Program-made: the position numbers and the translations under genes
The notes under the pieces: generated by a model
The model's database searches: none
Told to the model about the DNA's origin: nothing
What the model saw: the letters and a program-made list of their open reading frames with translations, nothing else
From: a virus
Direction: 5' to 3' (one strand)
Length of the DNA stretch: 64,000 nucleotides
Virus record (IMG/VR): IMGVR_UViG_3300020171_000001
Coordinates: 32,001 to 96,000 of that record
In this document: positions 1-8,579 of the stretch, piece after piece
Layout of the letters: each line of letters begins with the position of its first letter
How positions within the stretch are numbered: position 1 is the stretch's first letter

Positions 1-225
1 CGAGCGCGTCGACGCACATCCGCAGCGCACCGCGTTCTCCCTGCAAGTGCCCCTCAAGGTCATAGCGTTCAGGACCGCTTAGCTGAGAACGCAGCTAGCG
101 GGTTGCGCATTCGGAGAGTTCCGAAGCGCTGGGTCTGCAGAGTAGCCATCGGCCATACCACAGCCGAGATACTCCCGACTCCAAGAGTCGCATGCAGGCC
201 TCGGCCCTGTCCAGGTTTTTCGGGG

Positions 226-255
226 TTGACAGGCCCCGGGCTCCTTCTCTATATT
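226..255 (+). promoter_or_regulatory. sigma70-like promoter
   Basis: TTGACA (226-231), 18-bp spacer, TATATT (250-255), followed by CATG-rich operator-like repeat 258-280. Confidence 0.65.
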
Positions 256-328
256 AACATGCCATGTCTGACATGGTATGAGAAGACGCTGCGCCGGGCG
301 CACATCTGCCTACACGGAGGCAGGGCTT

Positions 329-970
329 ATGCTCGAACGAGTATACTGTGACATCGATGGGGTCATCGCTGACATCGTGGGCGCCGCGTGCCTGAAGCTC
401 TACCGCGTCTTCCACTTCGTGCTGCCCCCGGAAGCCATCCGGGTGTGGGACATCGCTGACGCGGCCTCGAGCTATCTGGGGGGGCTCCCGGAGGACCTGC
501 GACCCGAGCTGTGCTCTCGGGACGCCATCGATGCGGTCCTGCAGGAGTTCTGGGCCAACAATGACTTCCTGCGGTCCGAAGTTCGCCCGTACCCTGACAC
601 ACACGCAGTCCTCCTGGCCTACTGGAAGCTGGGCGGGGACCTGCGATTCGTCACGCGGCGGGCCGACCGGCGCCTCACGATGCTCGCGACTCGGGCCTGG
701 CTCGCGGCCCATGGCTTCACTGATAGAGTCCCCTGCGACCATGTGAGCAGCAAGGCTGACTTCCTCGCCAGGGACTCCGGCCCATGGCTGCATGTGGAAG
801 ACCACGCGGCGGAGGCCGAGGAGATCCGCGCCGTGATGCCGCCGGCGTGCCGCGTCGTCGTCCTCCGGAGGCCGTGGAACGCCCAGAGCCCCGTCGCCGA
901 CCGACTGACGCCGTACGAACTGGCCCGTGTTCTGGGCCTGCCCGAGAGCATCCTGCCAGGAGTTGTTTGA
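329..970 (+). CDS. HAD-superfamily 5'(3')-deoxyribonucleotidase-like protein
   Basis: N-terminal DxDGVxAD motif (CDIDGVIAD), FVTRR motif II, VEDH motif IV; GGAGG upstream of ATG 329. Confidence 0.75.
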   Translation: MLERVYCDIDGVIADIVGAACLKLYRVFHFVLPPEAIRVWDIADAASSYLGGLPEDLRPELCSRDAIDAVLQEFWANNDFLRSEVRPYPDTHAVLLAYWKLGGDLRFVTRRADRRLTMLATRAWLAAHGFTDRVPCDHVSSKADFLARDSGPWLHVEDHAAEAEEIRAVMPPACRVVVLRRPWNAQSPVADRLTPYELARVLGLPESILPGVV

Positions 971-1140
971 GGGGCCGCAGGGGGGCCATCGAGCTACAAC
1001 AGGGCGCAGCTATCGGGTTTGGCTTCGGAGACAGGATGCCGTCGAAGCCACTGGGTGCTGGGGCAGCAGACCATTACTCGGGTCGTTTGCCACTGCCGAA
1101 CAGCGTAGCAAAGAGCTTTGACCGGTGCAAGAGTTCTCTG

Positions 1141-1169
1141 TTGACAAGGCCCGTCCAAGGCCCTATTCT
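1141..1169 (+). promoter_or_regulatory. sigma70-like promoter
   Basis: TTGACA-17bp-TATTCT, followed by CATGACATGCCTGACATGC. Confidence 0.7.
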
Positions 1170-1204
1170 CTAACATGACATGCCTGACATGCAGAGGAGC
1201 CGCG

Positions 1205-1546
1205 ATGACGAGAATAGCAGGGACGGCAGGGCTGGTGCTGGCTGGGTGCCTGGGGCTCCTGGGGTGCGGCGATGCCGTGGACCGGGGCGCGCAGATTGAC
1301 CGCATCTGTGCTCGGATGGACACCTGCAAGGCGGACGCACGCGACCAGACCACGTACCGCGAGGTGTACGCTGCTGGGTGCGGCGAGCACCCCATCCCGA
1401 AGTTCTGGGATCCTGTCGACGTCGAGTGCGTCGCCACTATCTACGACCGCGCCCCTTGCGCGGTACTAGCAGATCACATCGCCGACCGGTGGAACATGGG
1501 CCCCGGCGACCCTGCTACCGCAGCGGCCGAACAGGCGTGCGACTGA
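1205..1546 (+). CDS. Cys-rich lipoprotein
   Basis: Signal peptide with lipobox-like LLGC; several Cys; GAGGAG SD. Confidence 0.6.
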   Translation: MTRIAGTAGLVLAGCLGLLGCGDAVDRGAQIDRICARMDTCKADARDQTTYREVYAAGCGEHPIPKFWDPVDVECVATIYDRAPCAVLADHIADRWNMGPGDPATAAAEQACD

Positions 1547-1607
1547 CACGGAAGCCCGGGGGCACGGTACAGGCTCGTACTCAGCCCCAACGGGGCAGAC
1601 AGGAGAC

Positions 1608-2426
1608 ATGCCGATGGCAGACAACAAAGCAGAGAAAGCAGAGACAACCGGGGGTTCCAAGCTGCCTGCCCGGCTGGGCGCCATCGCTGTCCTGAAGGAC
1701 GGTATGATCATCTCATGGACACGCGGAGTGATGACCACGAGGCGCAGCAGCGAAACCCTCGGCAACCGGTACTTCGGGCCTTTCAAGCCCGAAGAGTGCG
1801 AGGTTCTCTACGTGGAGTTCAAAGCGCCCAACATGTGGTCCGACGCAGACGCCTGGTACGCGCAGTTCCCTGTGCATCCGTGGCATCTGGGTGATGCAGC
1901 GCCCCGGGGTCGGACAAACGCAAGTTCTCTCGCCGATGGCCTCGCCGGTCGCGAGGCGGAGCCCGAGTACACCACCCGGGCCCCGGAGAGGCAAATGAGG
2001 CTGGTCAAGCAACAAGCCTACGGCGAGTGCGGATTGGCCGCCGCGGCCACAGTACTGGGCGTGGACCTCGAGACCGTCCGTGAGGGCTTCCCCGACGCGT
2101 GCCGAGACGGGGTATCTGAGGAAGCCCTGGCGGCATACCTCACAGTGCACGGGGTCCCCGCGCTCCCATCGCTCGTGTGGCCGTCCCTGCGCATTCCGGC
2201 CATCCTCACGGTGCCTAGCCTCAACCATCCCGGCGTCTTGCACTTCGTGGTCTGGGACGGCGAACGGATCCTGGATCCGACCCACGAGGCACTGCGCTAC
2301 CCAGACGACAGGCCCGATCACGGTCGGGCCCCGGGTTCCGTTGCACCGTGGGCTTCAGCTATTCTGCTGTGGCTCCCGCGCGCTGAGACTTCCAAAGCTA
2401 CATCCGAAGCTTCAAAGGAGAGATAG
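1608..2426 (+). CDS. protein with C-terminal C39-like (papain-fold) peptidase domain
   Basis: KQQ..GECGLAAAA...LHFVVWDG..ILDP (Q/C/H/D arrangement); AGGAG SD. Confidence 0.55.
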   Translation: MPMADNKAEKAETTGGSKLPARLGAIAVLKDGMIISWTRGVMTTRRSSETLGNRYFGPFKPEECEVLYVEFKAPNMWSDADAWYAQFPVHPWHLGDAAPRGRTNASSLADGLAGREAEPEYTTRAPERQMRLVKQQAYGECGLAAAATVLGVDLETVREGFPDACRDGVSEEALAAYLTVHGVPALPSLVWPSLRIPAILTVPSLNHPGVLHFVVWDGERILDPTHEALRYPDDRPDHGRAPGSVAPWASAILLWLPRAETSKATSEASKER

Positions 2427-2427
2427 G

Positions 2428-2949
2428 ATGCCAGATGATCTGCCCACGCACGTTACCAAGCGCTACGCGGTCTTCCTGTCCCCGGGGACTTTCTTCGACG
2501 AGGAGACCGCGCGGGAAATCCCGGACCTCCCACTGCCCCAATCCGTGGAACTCGCTGTTGCAATGGCCAAGGACGTCACAGAGCGGCACGGGGCCAAGCC
2601 CTATGGCTTCGTCTTCCACGTGAAGGAGTGGGACGAGTTCACGCAAAATGGCCAAGCCTTCAAAACCGACGTCCGGGTAACCCAGCGACCGGGGATCTTC
2701 TTCCTGGGGGGTACCGTCAAGACCCTCGATGACATCCCGGATACACCGGAGAACCACATCCTCCGCAGCAACATGCGCAACAACGGATACCAGAAGGTCA
2801 TCGAGAACAACAACTCTTGGCGCGTGACCAAGCCCTTCGGTGACGACGACGTGTTGCTGGAAACCCCCCGGGGGGCCGATGCCGATGCCGATGCCGATGC
2901 CGATGATGACGATGACGATGCCTGCTGCGCCGGGGATGGCGCGTTGTAA
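2428..2949 (+). CDS. hypothetical phage protein with acidic ADAD/DDDD tail
   Basis: AAGGAG SD, coding-like codon usage, tandem repeat tail. Confidence 0.65.
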   Translation: MPDDLPTHVTKRYAVFLSPGTFFDEETAREIPDLPLPQSVELAVAMAKDVTERHGAKPYGFVFHVKEWDEFTQNGQAFKTDVRVTQRPGIFFLGGTVKTLDDIPDTPENHILRSNMRNNGYQKVIENNNSWRVTKPFGDDDVLLETPRGADADADADADDDDDDACCAGDGAL

Positions 2950-2963
2950 CGAAGGAGCCGTCG

Positions 2964-3287
2964 ATGACCAAACTGCGTACGATAGTTGACCTGGAGGACT
3001 TGCTCCCGCCCGACGGCATGGCGCATACCACGCGCTTTCGCCCCCTGGAGACGAGCTGGGTCAATTTAGATTATGCCCTGGACGCGCTCCGGCGTCGGGG
3101 CTTGCCATGGATCGCGAATGGACTTCTGCGTAACGGAACCTACTACGTCGCCGTCGATGTCGATGGATACACAGGCATCGCCCGGGCGTTCGGGGTCGCA
3201 CTGAAGAAGGCAGAACAAGCATGGAACGAAGCGAACAAGCCCAAGCCCAAGCCCAAGCCCAAGCCCAAGCCCAAGCCCGCCCGATGA
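2964..3287 (+). CDS. hypothetical protein with (KP)n tail
   Basis: AAGGAG SD; (AAGCCC)n repeat. Confidence 0.6.
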   Translation: MTKLRTIVDLEDLLPPDGMAHTTRFRPLETSWVNLDYALDALRRRGLPWIANGLLRNGTYYVAVDVDGYTGIARAFGVALKKAEQAWNEANKPKPKPKPKPKPKPAR

Positions 3288-3874
3288 CCAAGCCCATCGC
3301 GCTGGTGAAGCAAACCAACCCCGACGAGGTCGTGGCCTATGCCTGCGGCTCGTGCGGCACCGTGGTCGGAACCGCCAAGTCCCACGGGAGCAACGCACAG
3401 GGCATGGCCGAGCGATGCTGCGCACCGCCTGCCTGCCAGCAATGCGGAGCGGTGCACGACCGGAAGCACCGGCTGTTCTGTGGCCCCTGCGAGGTGGCTC
3501 GCGAGGCGGCTCGCGAGGCCAGGCGGTTTGCGGCTGCCGAGCACATCCCGGCGTCGGACTACGACGGTCCCGTGTACTGGGACGGGACGGGGAACGATGG
3601 CTACTCCCCGTCTGTCGCGGACCTGCTCGATTGGTTTGCCGACGAGGAGACCGAGCCGCCGGCCTACGTCTGGGCATGCTCGGTGCGCCACCCGAGCCTG
3701 GACGCAGATGATCTCCTGGAACACGCGCTGGACGACCACCACGAGGACTGCGACCTGGACGCTGTTGACGAGTTGCGGGCGTTCGTCGCGCGCTGGAACG
3801 CGCAGCAAACCGACGAGACATGGGACGTCGACGTTACGTGTGCTGTGCTACTGACCAACGAGGTGGAATCATGA
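3284..3874 (+). CDS. hypothetical protein, Zn-finger N-terminus and acidic C-terminus
   Basis: ATGA overlap; three CxxC pairs. Confidence 0.65.
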   Translation: MTKPIALVKQTNPDEVVAYACGSCGTVVGTAKSHGSNAQGMAERCCAPPACQQCGAVHDRKHRLFCGPCEVAREAAREARRFAAAEHIPASDYDGPVYWDGTGNDGYSPSVADLLDWFADEETEPPAYVWACSVRHPSLDADDLLEHALDDHHEDCDLDAVDELRAFVARWNAQQTDETWDVDVTCAVLLTNEVES

Positions 3875-4024
3875 CTCGAGCTACTTGCCCCGGCCCCAGC
3901 CTGGGGCAGCTGGAACGGTTCCCAGAGATGCTCCACGTCGCGGCCCTGGAGGTTAAAGCCGCTTCCAAGAAAGTTGGATAAACTTGGACAAAGGGGGCTT
4001 GACAGGGCTAACAGGAGGACTAAA

Positions 4025-4249
4025 ATGAGGGTGGTTTCAGTGAGCAGGACAGAGTTCAAAACGGAAGATGGCCAAGTTTACCCAATCGATCCGCCACTTA
4101 CGGAGGACATGACGCCGGATGAGTTCCAAGAGCACTATGACCTCGCTGCTGCCCTTGTCGGAAGCCTCCAGGCTTCTGGGGACAACGCCCCGAACACTGA
4201 GGCGCTGGGACGCAGCCGGAAAGATCAAGACGGTAAGGAGCCCCGGTAA
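4025..4249 (+). CDS. small acidic ORF overlapping tnpA 5' end
   Basis: Strong AGGAGG SD before ATG 4025; overlaps tnpA in another frame. Confidence 0.45.
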   Translation: MRVVSVSRTEFKTEDGQVYPIDPPLTEDMTPDEFQEHYDLAAALVGSLQASGDNAPNTEALGRSRKDQDGKEPR

Positions 4250-4763
4250 TCACCGGCTCATCCCCATGTCCGAGATTGAACGACTCCGAGGCGAAGACGC
4301 CATTCGTCGGACAGTTACGCTGACATACTGTCGCTGTTCCACACATAAACAAAAAGAGAACCTGGACAGACAGGTAGGCAGGCTCCTGGAGCACTGCCTC
4401 CAAGAAGGCTGGAAGCCAGAATTGTTCAAGGACATCGGCAGCGGCCTAAATGACAACCGCAAGCAGTTCAAGAAGCTCCTCAAGCGGATACCTGGCGGGG
4501 ACGTGAAACGGGTGTTGGTGGAGTACAAGGACAGATTATGTCACTATGGATTCACGGTGTTCCAGGGTTACTGCGAGGGCTTGGGTGTTGACGTGGTGGT
4601 GCTAGAGGAGCAAGAGCATAAGGAATTTGAGCAAGAGTTTGCCCAGGACGTAGTGGCTCTAATCGCGTCCTTCTCAGCCAGACTGTATGGGAGAAGGGGC
4701 GGTAGGAAAAAAGTGTTAGTTGCTGCCACGGAGAAGCCAACGGGAGATGGAAACGATGGCTGA
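4119..4763 (+). CDS. tnpA: IS607 transposase (MerR-type HTH plus serine recombinase)
   Basis: EASRLLG..PRTLRRWD HTH; YCRCST catalytic motif; DIGSGLN; YKDRL; SFSARLYGRR. Confidence 0.92.
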   Translation: MSSKSTMTSLLPLSEASRLLGTTPRTLRRWDAAGKIKTVRSPGNHRLIPMSEIERLRGEDAIRRTVTLTYCRCSTHKQKENLDRQVGRLLEHCLQEGWKPELFKDIGSGLNDNRKQFKKLLKRIPGGDVKRVLVEYKDRLCHYGFTVFQGYCEGLGVDVVVLEEQEHKEFEQEFAQDVVALIASFSARLYGRRGGRKKVLVAATEKPTGDGNDG

Positions 4764-4980
4764 ATCCTGGGAGCGCGGACATCGCACCTTTTGGGATGGC
4801 AAAGTGTGGCGCTATAAGGACACGGGAGAGGCGGCGACGGGAAAACGCTCGTGTGCTCGTTGCGGGAAACCCCCTACAGGGGATGGGCACGATGCCTGCC
4901 TTGGCTGTGTTCCTGGGGCCACATCAGCCTGTTGTGGGCATGGCGTCCACAATCCTATTTGCTGCGTAATGAGTAGTTGA
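4756..4980 (+). CDS. Cys-rich phage-type hypothetical protein (cargo between tnpA and tnpB)
   Basis: CARC...GHDACLG..PG...ACCGHG motif; overlaps tnpA stop and abuts tnpB start. Confidence 0.6.
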   Translation: MAESWERGHRTFWDGKVWRYKDTGEAATGKRSCARCGKPPTGDGHDACLGCVPGATSACCGHGVHNPICCVMSS

Positions 4981-6180
4981 GTGATCCTCTCCCACAAAAT
5001 ACGGCTGATCCCATCTCCGGCCCAGGAAGACTACTTCCGACGGGCCTGTGGTACAGCCAGGTTCACGTACAACTGGGCACTGGCTGCTTGGAAGAAAGCC
5101 TACGAGGCGGGAGAGAAACCCAATGGGCGAAGCCTAAAGATCAATTTCAACGCTCTTCGGAAAGTTGAACTGCCCTGGACTTACGACGTTCACCGAGACT
5201 GTACTGCGGGTGCCTTTGACAATCTCCAAGGTGCCTTCCAACACTTCTTCAGGCGAGTGAAAGCGGGCGAGAAACCGGGCTATCCAAAGTTCAAGAAAAA
5301 GGGATTGGCGAAGGATAGCTTCAGCATCGCCAATGACAAGTTCAGCCTCGATGGCAAGAATATCCGGGTGCCCAAGTTGGGCTGGGTCAAGATGCGGGAG
5401 ACTCTTCGCTTCACTGGGAAGATCATGTCCGCCGTGGTGAGCCGAACGGCGGGCCAGTGGTTTGCGGCTATCGCTGTAGATACTGAAGTCATCTCCCAGC
5501 CCCCGAAAGCCAAAGGGGCTATTGGAGTTGATCTTGGGATCTCAGCATTGGCCACGATGTCCGATGGAAGGAAGGTTCAACATTCTAGCAAGTGGGGGAA
5601 TCTGGAGAAACAAGTCAGGCGACTTCAGAAATCCGTGAGCCGGAAACAAAAAGGATCTGCAAGTAGACGCAAAGCCGTAGGCAAGCTGGCTCGGAAGCAC
5701 CTGGAGTTAGCCAACCTCCGAAATGATCTGCTGCACAAAACCACAACAGACTTGGTGCAGGGGCACCAAGGGATTGTAATTGAAGATCTCAATGTCCGAG
5801 GAATGGTCAAGAACCATTGTCTGGCACGTTCCATCTCCCGACAGGGGTGGGCTGAGTTTCGTCGCCAGCTTGAGTACAAGTCCTCGATGCACGGCAGGGA
5901 TTTGGTAATTGCGGACAGGTATTACCCTTCGACGAAGACATGCTCGGGTTGCGGGGCGATCAAGCCTGTTGCTCTATCCGAACGTGTTTACAAGTGCCCT
6001 GTCTGTGGGTTGGCCATAGACAGGGATTTCAACGCAGCAATAAATCTTTCAAGACTACGGGCGGGTAGCTCGGATGTTAAGCCGGTGGAGATGGAAGCTC
6101 TGGCCAGTGGTAGTATCGCTGGTGAAACTGCTGTCTATGAAGCCGGAACAGGGAGTGGACCGCTTTGTCCAACTTCTTGA
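4981..6180 (+). CDS. tnpB: RNA-guided endonuclease TnpB
   Basis: N-terminal KIRLIP..Q..F...G.ARF.YN; RuvC D (GVDLG), E (IEDL), D (DRDFNAA); CSGC/CPVC Zn finger. Confidence 0.93.
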   Translation: MILSHKIRLIPSPAQEDYFRRACGTARFTYNWALAAWKKAYEAGEKPNGRSLKINFNALRKVELPWTYDVHRDCTAGAFDNLQGAFQHFFRRVKAGEKPGYPKFKKKGLAKDSFSIANDKFSLDGKNIRVPKLGWVKMRETLRFTGKIMSAVVSRTAGQWFAAIAVDTEVISQPPKAKGAIGVDLGISALATMSDGRKVQHSSKWGNLEKQVRRLQKSVSRKQKGSASRRKAVGKLARKHLELANLRNDLLHKTTTDLVQGHQGIVIEDLNVRGMVKNHCLARSISRQGWAEFRRQLEYKSSMHGRDLVIADRYYPSTKTCSGCGAIKPVALSERVYKCPVCGLAIDRDFNAAINLSRLRAGSSDVKPVEMEALASGSIAGETAVYEAGTGSGPLCPTS

Positions 6181-6444
6181 AACCAGCTGTCAGAGATGCT
6201 GGAAGCTCTTCGACATGGGGATCCGCAGAGCAAAAGCATTCCGGGTTTCACACACGTCGCTGAGGAAGCGGCTGACCTCATGATCCGGCTGCTGGACTTC
6301 TGCGGCGCTCGGGGTATTCCGTTGGGTGCAGCTGTTCTGGCCAAGCATGCCTTCAACCAGACCCGCCCGCGCAAGCACGGCAAAGCATTTTAATCGCGGG
6401 CCTGCGGGCCCGCGGGTCCAGCGCAGCCCTTTGAAAAAAAATAG

Positions 6445-6473
6445 TTGACGTGCCCTGCCCCGTCGGGCACACT
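6445..6473 (+). promoter_or_regulatory. sigma70-like promoter of candidate ncRNA
   Basis: A-tract UP element, TTGACG-17bp-CACACT. Confidence 0.5.
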
Positions 6474-6479
6474 TCTGGG

Positions 6480-6906
6480 GTTCATCAGTGGCGGGTGCGG
6501 GTTGGGGCGGCCGGTAGCCCGGGCGCCTTCCGATGTGGGCAAGCGCGGAGCAGCTTCGGCTGCCCTGAGGCTCCCAGTGAGGTCCGCACCGGTCCCAGTA
6601 AACCCTTCGGGGGCTACTGAGACGCCATGCAGCGATGCTTCAGGACAAAGCTCACCTGATATGGCATCGAGGCTAAGGCGCCAGGGACGCCAAGCGCTTG
6701 CGCTTGACACCGAGCTTTTTGCTGGTGGAACGCGAACGGGGGCGCAGCGGTTTGGAGGGCACGGGTGCCAGGCGAGTTCTGCAAGCCCGGCTCTCCGCCA
6801 AAAGCCCTGGTTAGCCTTCGGGCGCCGGGGACAAAGCCCGCTGTAGCCCAGTAGACTCAAGGGAAGCCATGTTGGTCCGCGAGGCCCTTCAGGGCTTTTT
6901 CTTTTT
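6480..6906 (+). ncRNA. candidate large structured ncRNA (~420 nt), family not recognised
   Basis: Three C(UUCG)G hairpins, multiple nested stems, 5'/3' closing helix, own promoter and terminator, no convincing ORF. Confidence 0.65.
6883..6906 (+). terminator. Rho-independent terminator
   Basis: GGCCC-TTCA-GGGCT hairpin followed by TTTTCTTTTT. Confidence 0.7.
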
Positions 6907-6920
6907 CTGTGCTTGTCCAG

Positions 6921-6970
6921 CGTCTGTCGCTGTTTGCCGCTGTTTGCCGCTGTTTGTCGCTGTTTGTCGC
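6921..6970. repeat. 5 x 10-bp tandem repeat (TGTTTGYCGC)
   Basis: Read directly; first unit degenerate; ends 7 bp before a -35 box. Confidence 0.9.
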
Positions 6971-6977
6971 TTTGCGG

Positions 6978-7006
6978 TTGACAAACCATGCCATCGTCGC
7001 TACTCT
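6978..7006 (+). promoter_or_regulatory. sigma70-like promoter
   Basis: TTGACA-17bp-TACTCT. Confidence 0.75.
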
Positions 7007-7047
7007 CTCCGAAAGCGCCAAACACCGCTGAAGATGGAGCGCATCGA

Positions 7048-7248
7048 ATGGCAACGCAACAAGTCGCATTTCGCATCCCGGAAGATATGCTCACCGAGGT
7101 AGACCAGGTCGCTGCTTGGATGGCCGCGAGCAACCCTGGGGTGCGGGTCACCCGGGCCGACGTGATTCGGTACCTCCTGGCTCGCGGGCTCAAGGCTCTG
7201 GATCGGCAGAAGCGCGGCCGCGTCCAGATACAGGAGGACCGGTCATGA
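7048..7248 (+). CDS. ribbon-helix-helix (CopG/Arc-like) regulator
   Basis: QVAFRIPEDMLTEVD...TRADVIRYLL pattern. Confidence 0.75.
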   Translation: MATQQVAFRIPEDMLTEVDQVAAWMAASNPGVRVTRADVIRYLLARGLKALDRQKRGRVQIQEDRS

Positions 7249-7652
7249 CCCGTTTGCCGCAAGCGCTGCTCTGCGTCGTCGCCGCCTTTGCCGGCGGGGT
7301 AGCGGCGCAGTGCGGTAGTGATCCCCGCAGCTTCGGATCCGATGGTCTGCCTGACGCGGGAACCGACAGTAGTTCAAAGCCCGGGGTGGGCCAGCGATAC
7401 GACTACACGTTCGCGCTTCAGCCAAACATACCCAAAGAAGTCTGCCCCCCAGCAGGCGCGCCACCGGATAAGTTCCCCGTAATACAGCAGTGGGTTTGGC
7501 TGCGCTCCGGAATCGGCCCTGCCTACCTCAATCGTTGGCTCTTGCTGGATTGGGCGTCCGTTCGACAATCCACGAACGCCGGGTGTCTCACCGTGTCGGT
7601 TTCCAACAACTCAACAGATGCTCATGATGTTCACCTGGTCTTGATCTACTGA
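7245..7652 (+). CDS. secreted or lipoprotein-like hypothetical protein
   Basis: ATGA overlap, AGGAGG SD, hydrophobic N-terminus ending AAQC. Confidence 0.55.
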   Translation: MTRLPQALLCVVAAFAGGVAAQCGSDPRSFGSDGLPDAGTDSSSKPGVGQRYDYTFALQPNIPKEVCPPAGAPPDKFPVIQQWVWLRSGIGPAYLNRWLLLDWASVRQSTNAGCLTVSVSNNSTDAHDVHLVLIY

Positions 7653-7727
7653 CGGCAGAGCCATGACGACCGATCAATGCCAGTACGCAGTGTGCATCCA
7701 TGAGACGCAGAAGTCCGGAGGCCGCTA

Positions 7728-8252
7728 ATGCGCGAAAGACGCTACCAGGTTTTGTACCACTCCGGGATCGACCAGTACGTCGGGGACAAGGGCTTCGGCG
7801 TGCACGTGGCAGACGTGGACCGTGCGCAGCCATGGCCCCTGGGGCACTTCCAGGGAGACCGCTACGAGGTCCACCGGATGCCTTCCTGGGCTCTGCAAGT
7901 CTGGCCGACGCTGGGTGGAGGCTTGCCAGGGACGCAGCCCTCATGCATTCGGACGGTCTATGACGTCCGGGAGCACACCTTTGCCTCCTGGACGGACCCG
8001 GCGCTGTGGCGGGTTGCTCGCCATGCCGCTTGGGCCTTCTGTGAACGCTGCCAAAGGCTCCGAGACGGTGGCGCAGATGTGGACTATCCCACGCAGGTCC
8101 TGGACTTGCCAGATGCGGAGCGACCGCAGCTCGCCCGGGCCCTCGTGAGCCTGGAGAGCGCGCTTCGGGGCCCCGGGGAGGTCCACGACGATGTACGGAG
8201 GGCCACCGCGGATATCCTCGGCGAGCTACTGATGCTAATCGAGAGGAGCTGA
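7728..8252 (+). CDS. hypothetical protein
   Basis: GGAGG SD, coding-like composition. Confidence 0.55.
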   Translation: MRERRYQVLYHSGIDQYVGDKGFGVHVADVDRAQPWPLGHFQGDRYEVHRMPSWALQVWPTLGGGLPGTQPSCIRTVYDVREHTFASWTDPALWRVARHAAWAFCERCQRLRDGGADVDYPTQVLDLPDAERPQLARALVSLESALRGPGEVHDDVRRATADILGELLMLIERS

Positions 8253-8255
8253 ACG

Positions 8256-8579
8256 ATGTCAAAGGCACGCGCGCAGGCTGTTGCACGAGACGCCCAACGT
8301 CTTGCAGTCCAACTCGGGATCCGAGATCCGTCGGAGCAGATCCGGTGGGCCAAGAAGCTTCTTGACTGGTGCAAGCTCCAGCCCGGCGCCGACGTGGCTG
8401 GGTTGAAAGCCGCGGAGCACGTCCTCGGGTTACATCTCGAGGGCGGGGAGGGCCGGGCGATGAAGAAGCACATCACAAAGGACGACGGAGATTGCGTGTC
8501 CTGGTGCCCCGCTTGCGGTCCTGCCTGCAAGCACGGAGAGAACTCCAAGGAGTGCACCAAGTGCGAGACGGAACGCTGA
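8256..8579 (+). CDS. hypothetical protein, Cys-rich C-terminus
   Basis: GAGGAG SD. Confidence 0.5.
   Translation: MSKARAQAVARDAQRLAVQLGIRDPSEQIRWAKKLLDWCKLQPGADVAGLKAAEHVLGLHLEGGEGRAMKKHITKDDGDCVSWCPACGPACKHGENSKECTKCETER

Larger units (their letters stand above)
3952..6186 (+). mobile_element. IS607-family element (tnpA, cargo, tnpB)
   Basis: Serine recombinase plus TnpB; lower GC; imperfect inverted subterminal motif (CAAGAAAGTTGGATAAA near 3966 vs TTTGTCCAACTTCTTG near 6164); AG dinucleotide at both junctions. Confidence 0.85.
3871..6393 (+). pseudogene. MazG-like NTP pyrophosphohydrolase split by IS607 (pieces 3871-3951 and 6187-6393)
   Basis: Joining the pieces in frame gives ...FPEMLHVAALE|LSEMLEALR...EEAADLMIRLLD...KHAFNQTRPRKHGKAF, the phage MazG-like pattern. 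Confidence 0.7.

Noticed and set aside
3952-6186. IStron (intron-IS hybrid) or GT...AG intron
   Set aside because: Only about 70 nt separate the left end from the first ORF, too short for a group I core; the GT/AG ends are best explained by the recombination core
6480-6906. RNase P RNA, tmRNA or self-splicing intron identity for the structured RNA
   Set aside because: AGGGCACGGGTGCCAGG and ACAAAGCCCGCT echo RNase P segments, but the universal GAGGAAAGTCC and AGTGCAACAG motifs are absent. There are no tmRNA tRNA-like ends, no group II domain V and no flanking exons.
6921-6970. CRISPR array (also 11421-11457)
   Set aside because: Contiguous 10-bp units with no spacers; no cas genes
6390-7262. 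290-aa minus-strand ORF and 133-aa plus-strand ORF over the ncRNA
   Set aside because: Low-information translations, no SD, antisense to the RHH gene; typical GC-rich shadow ORFs
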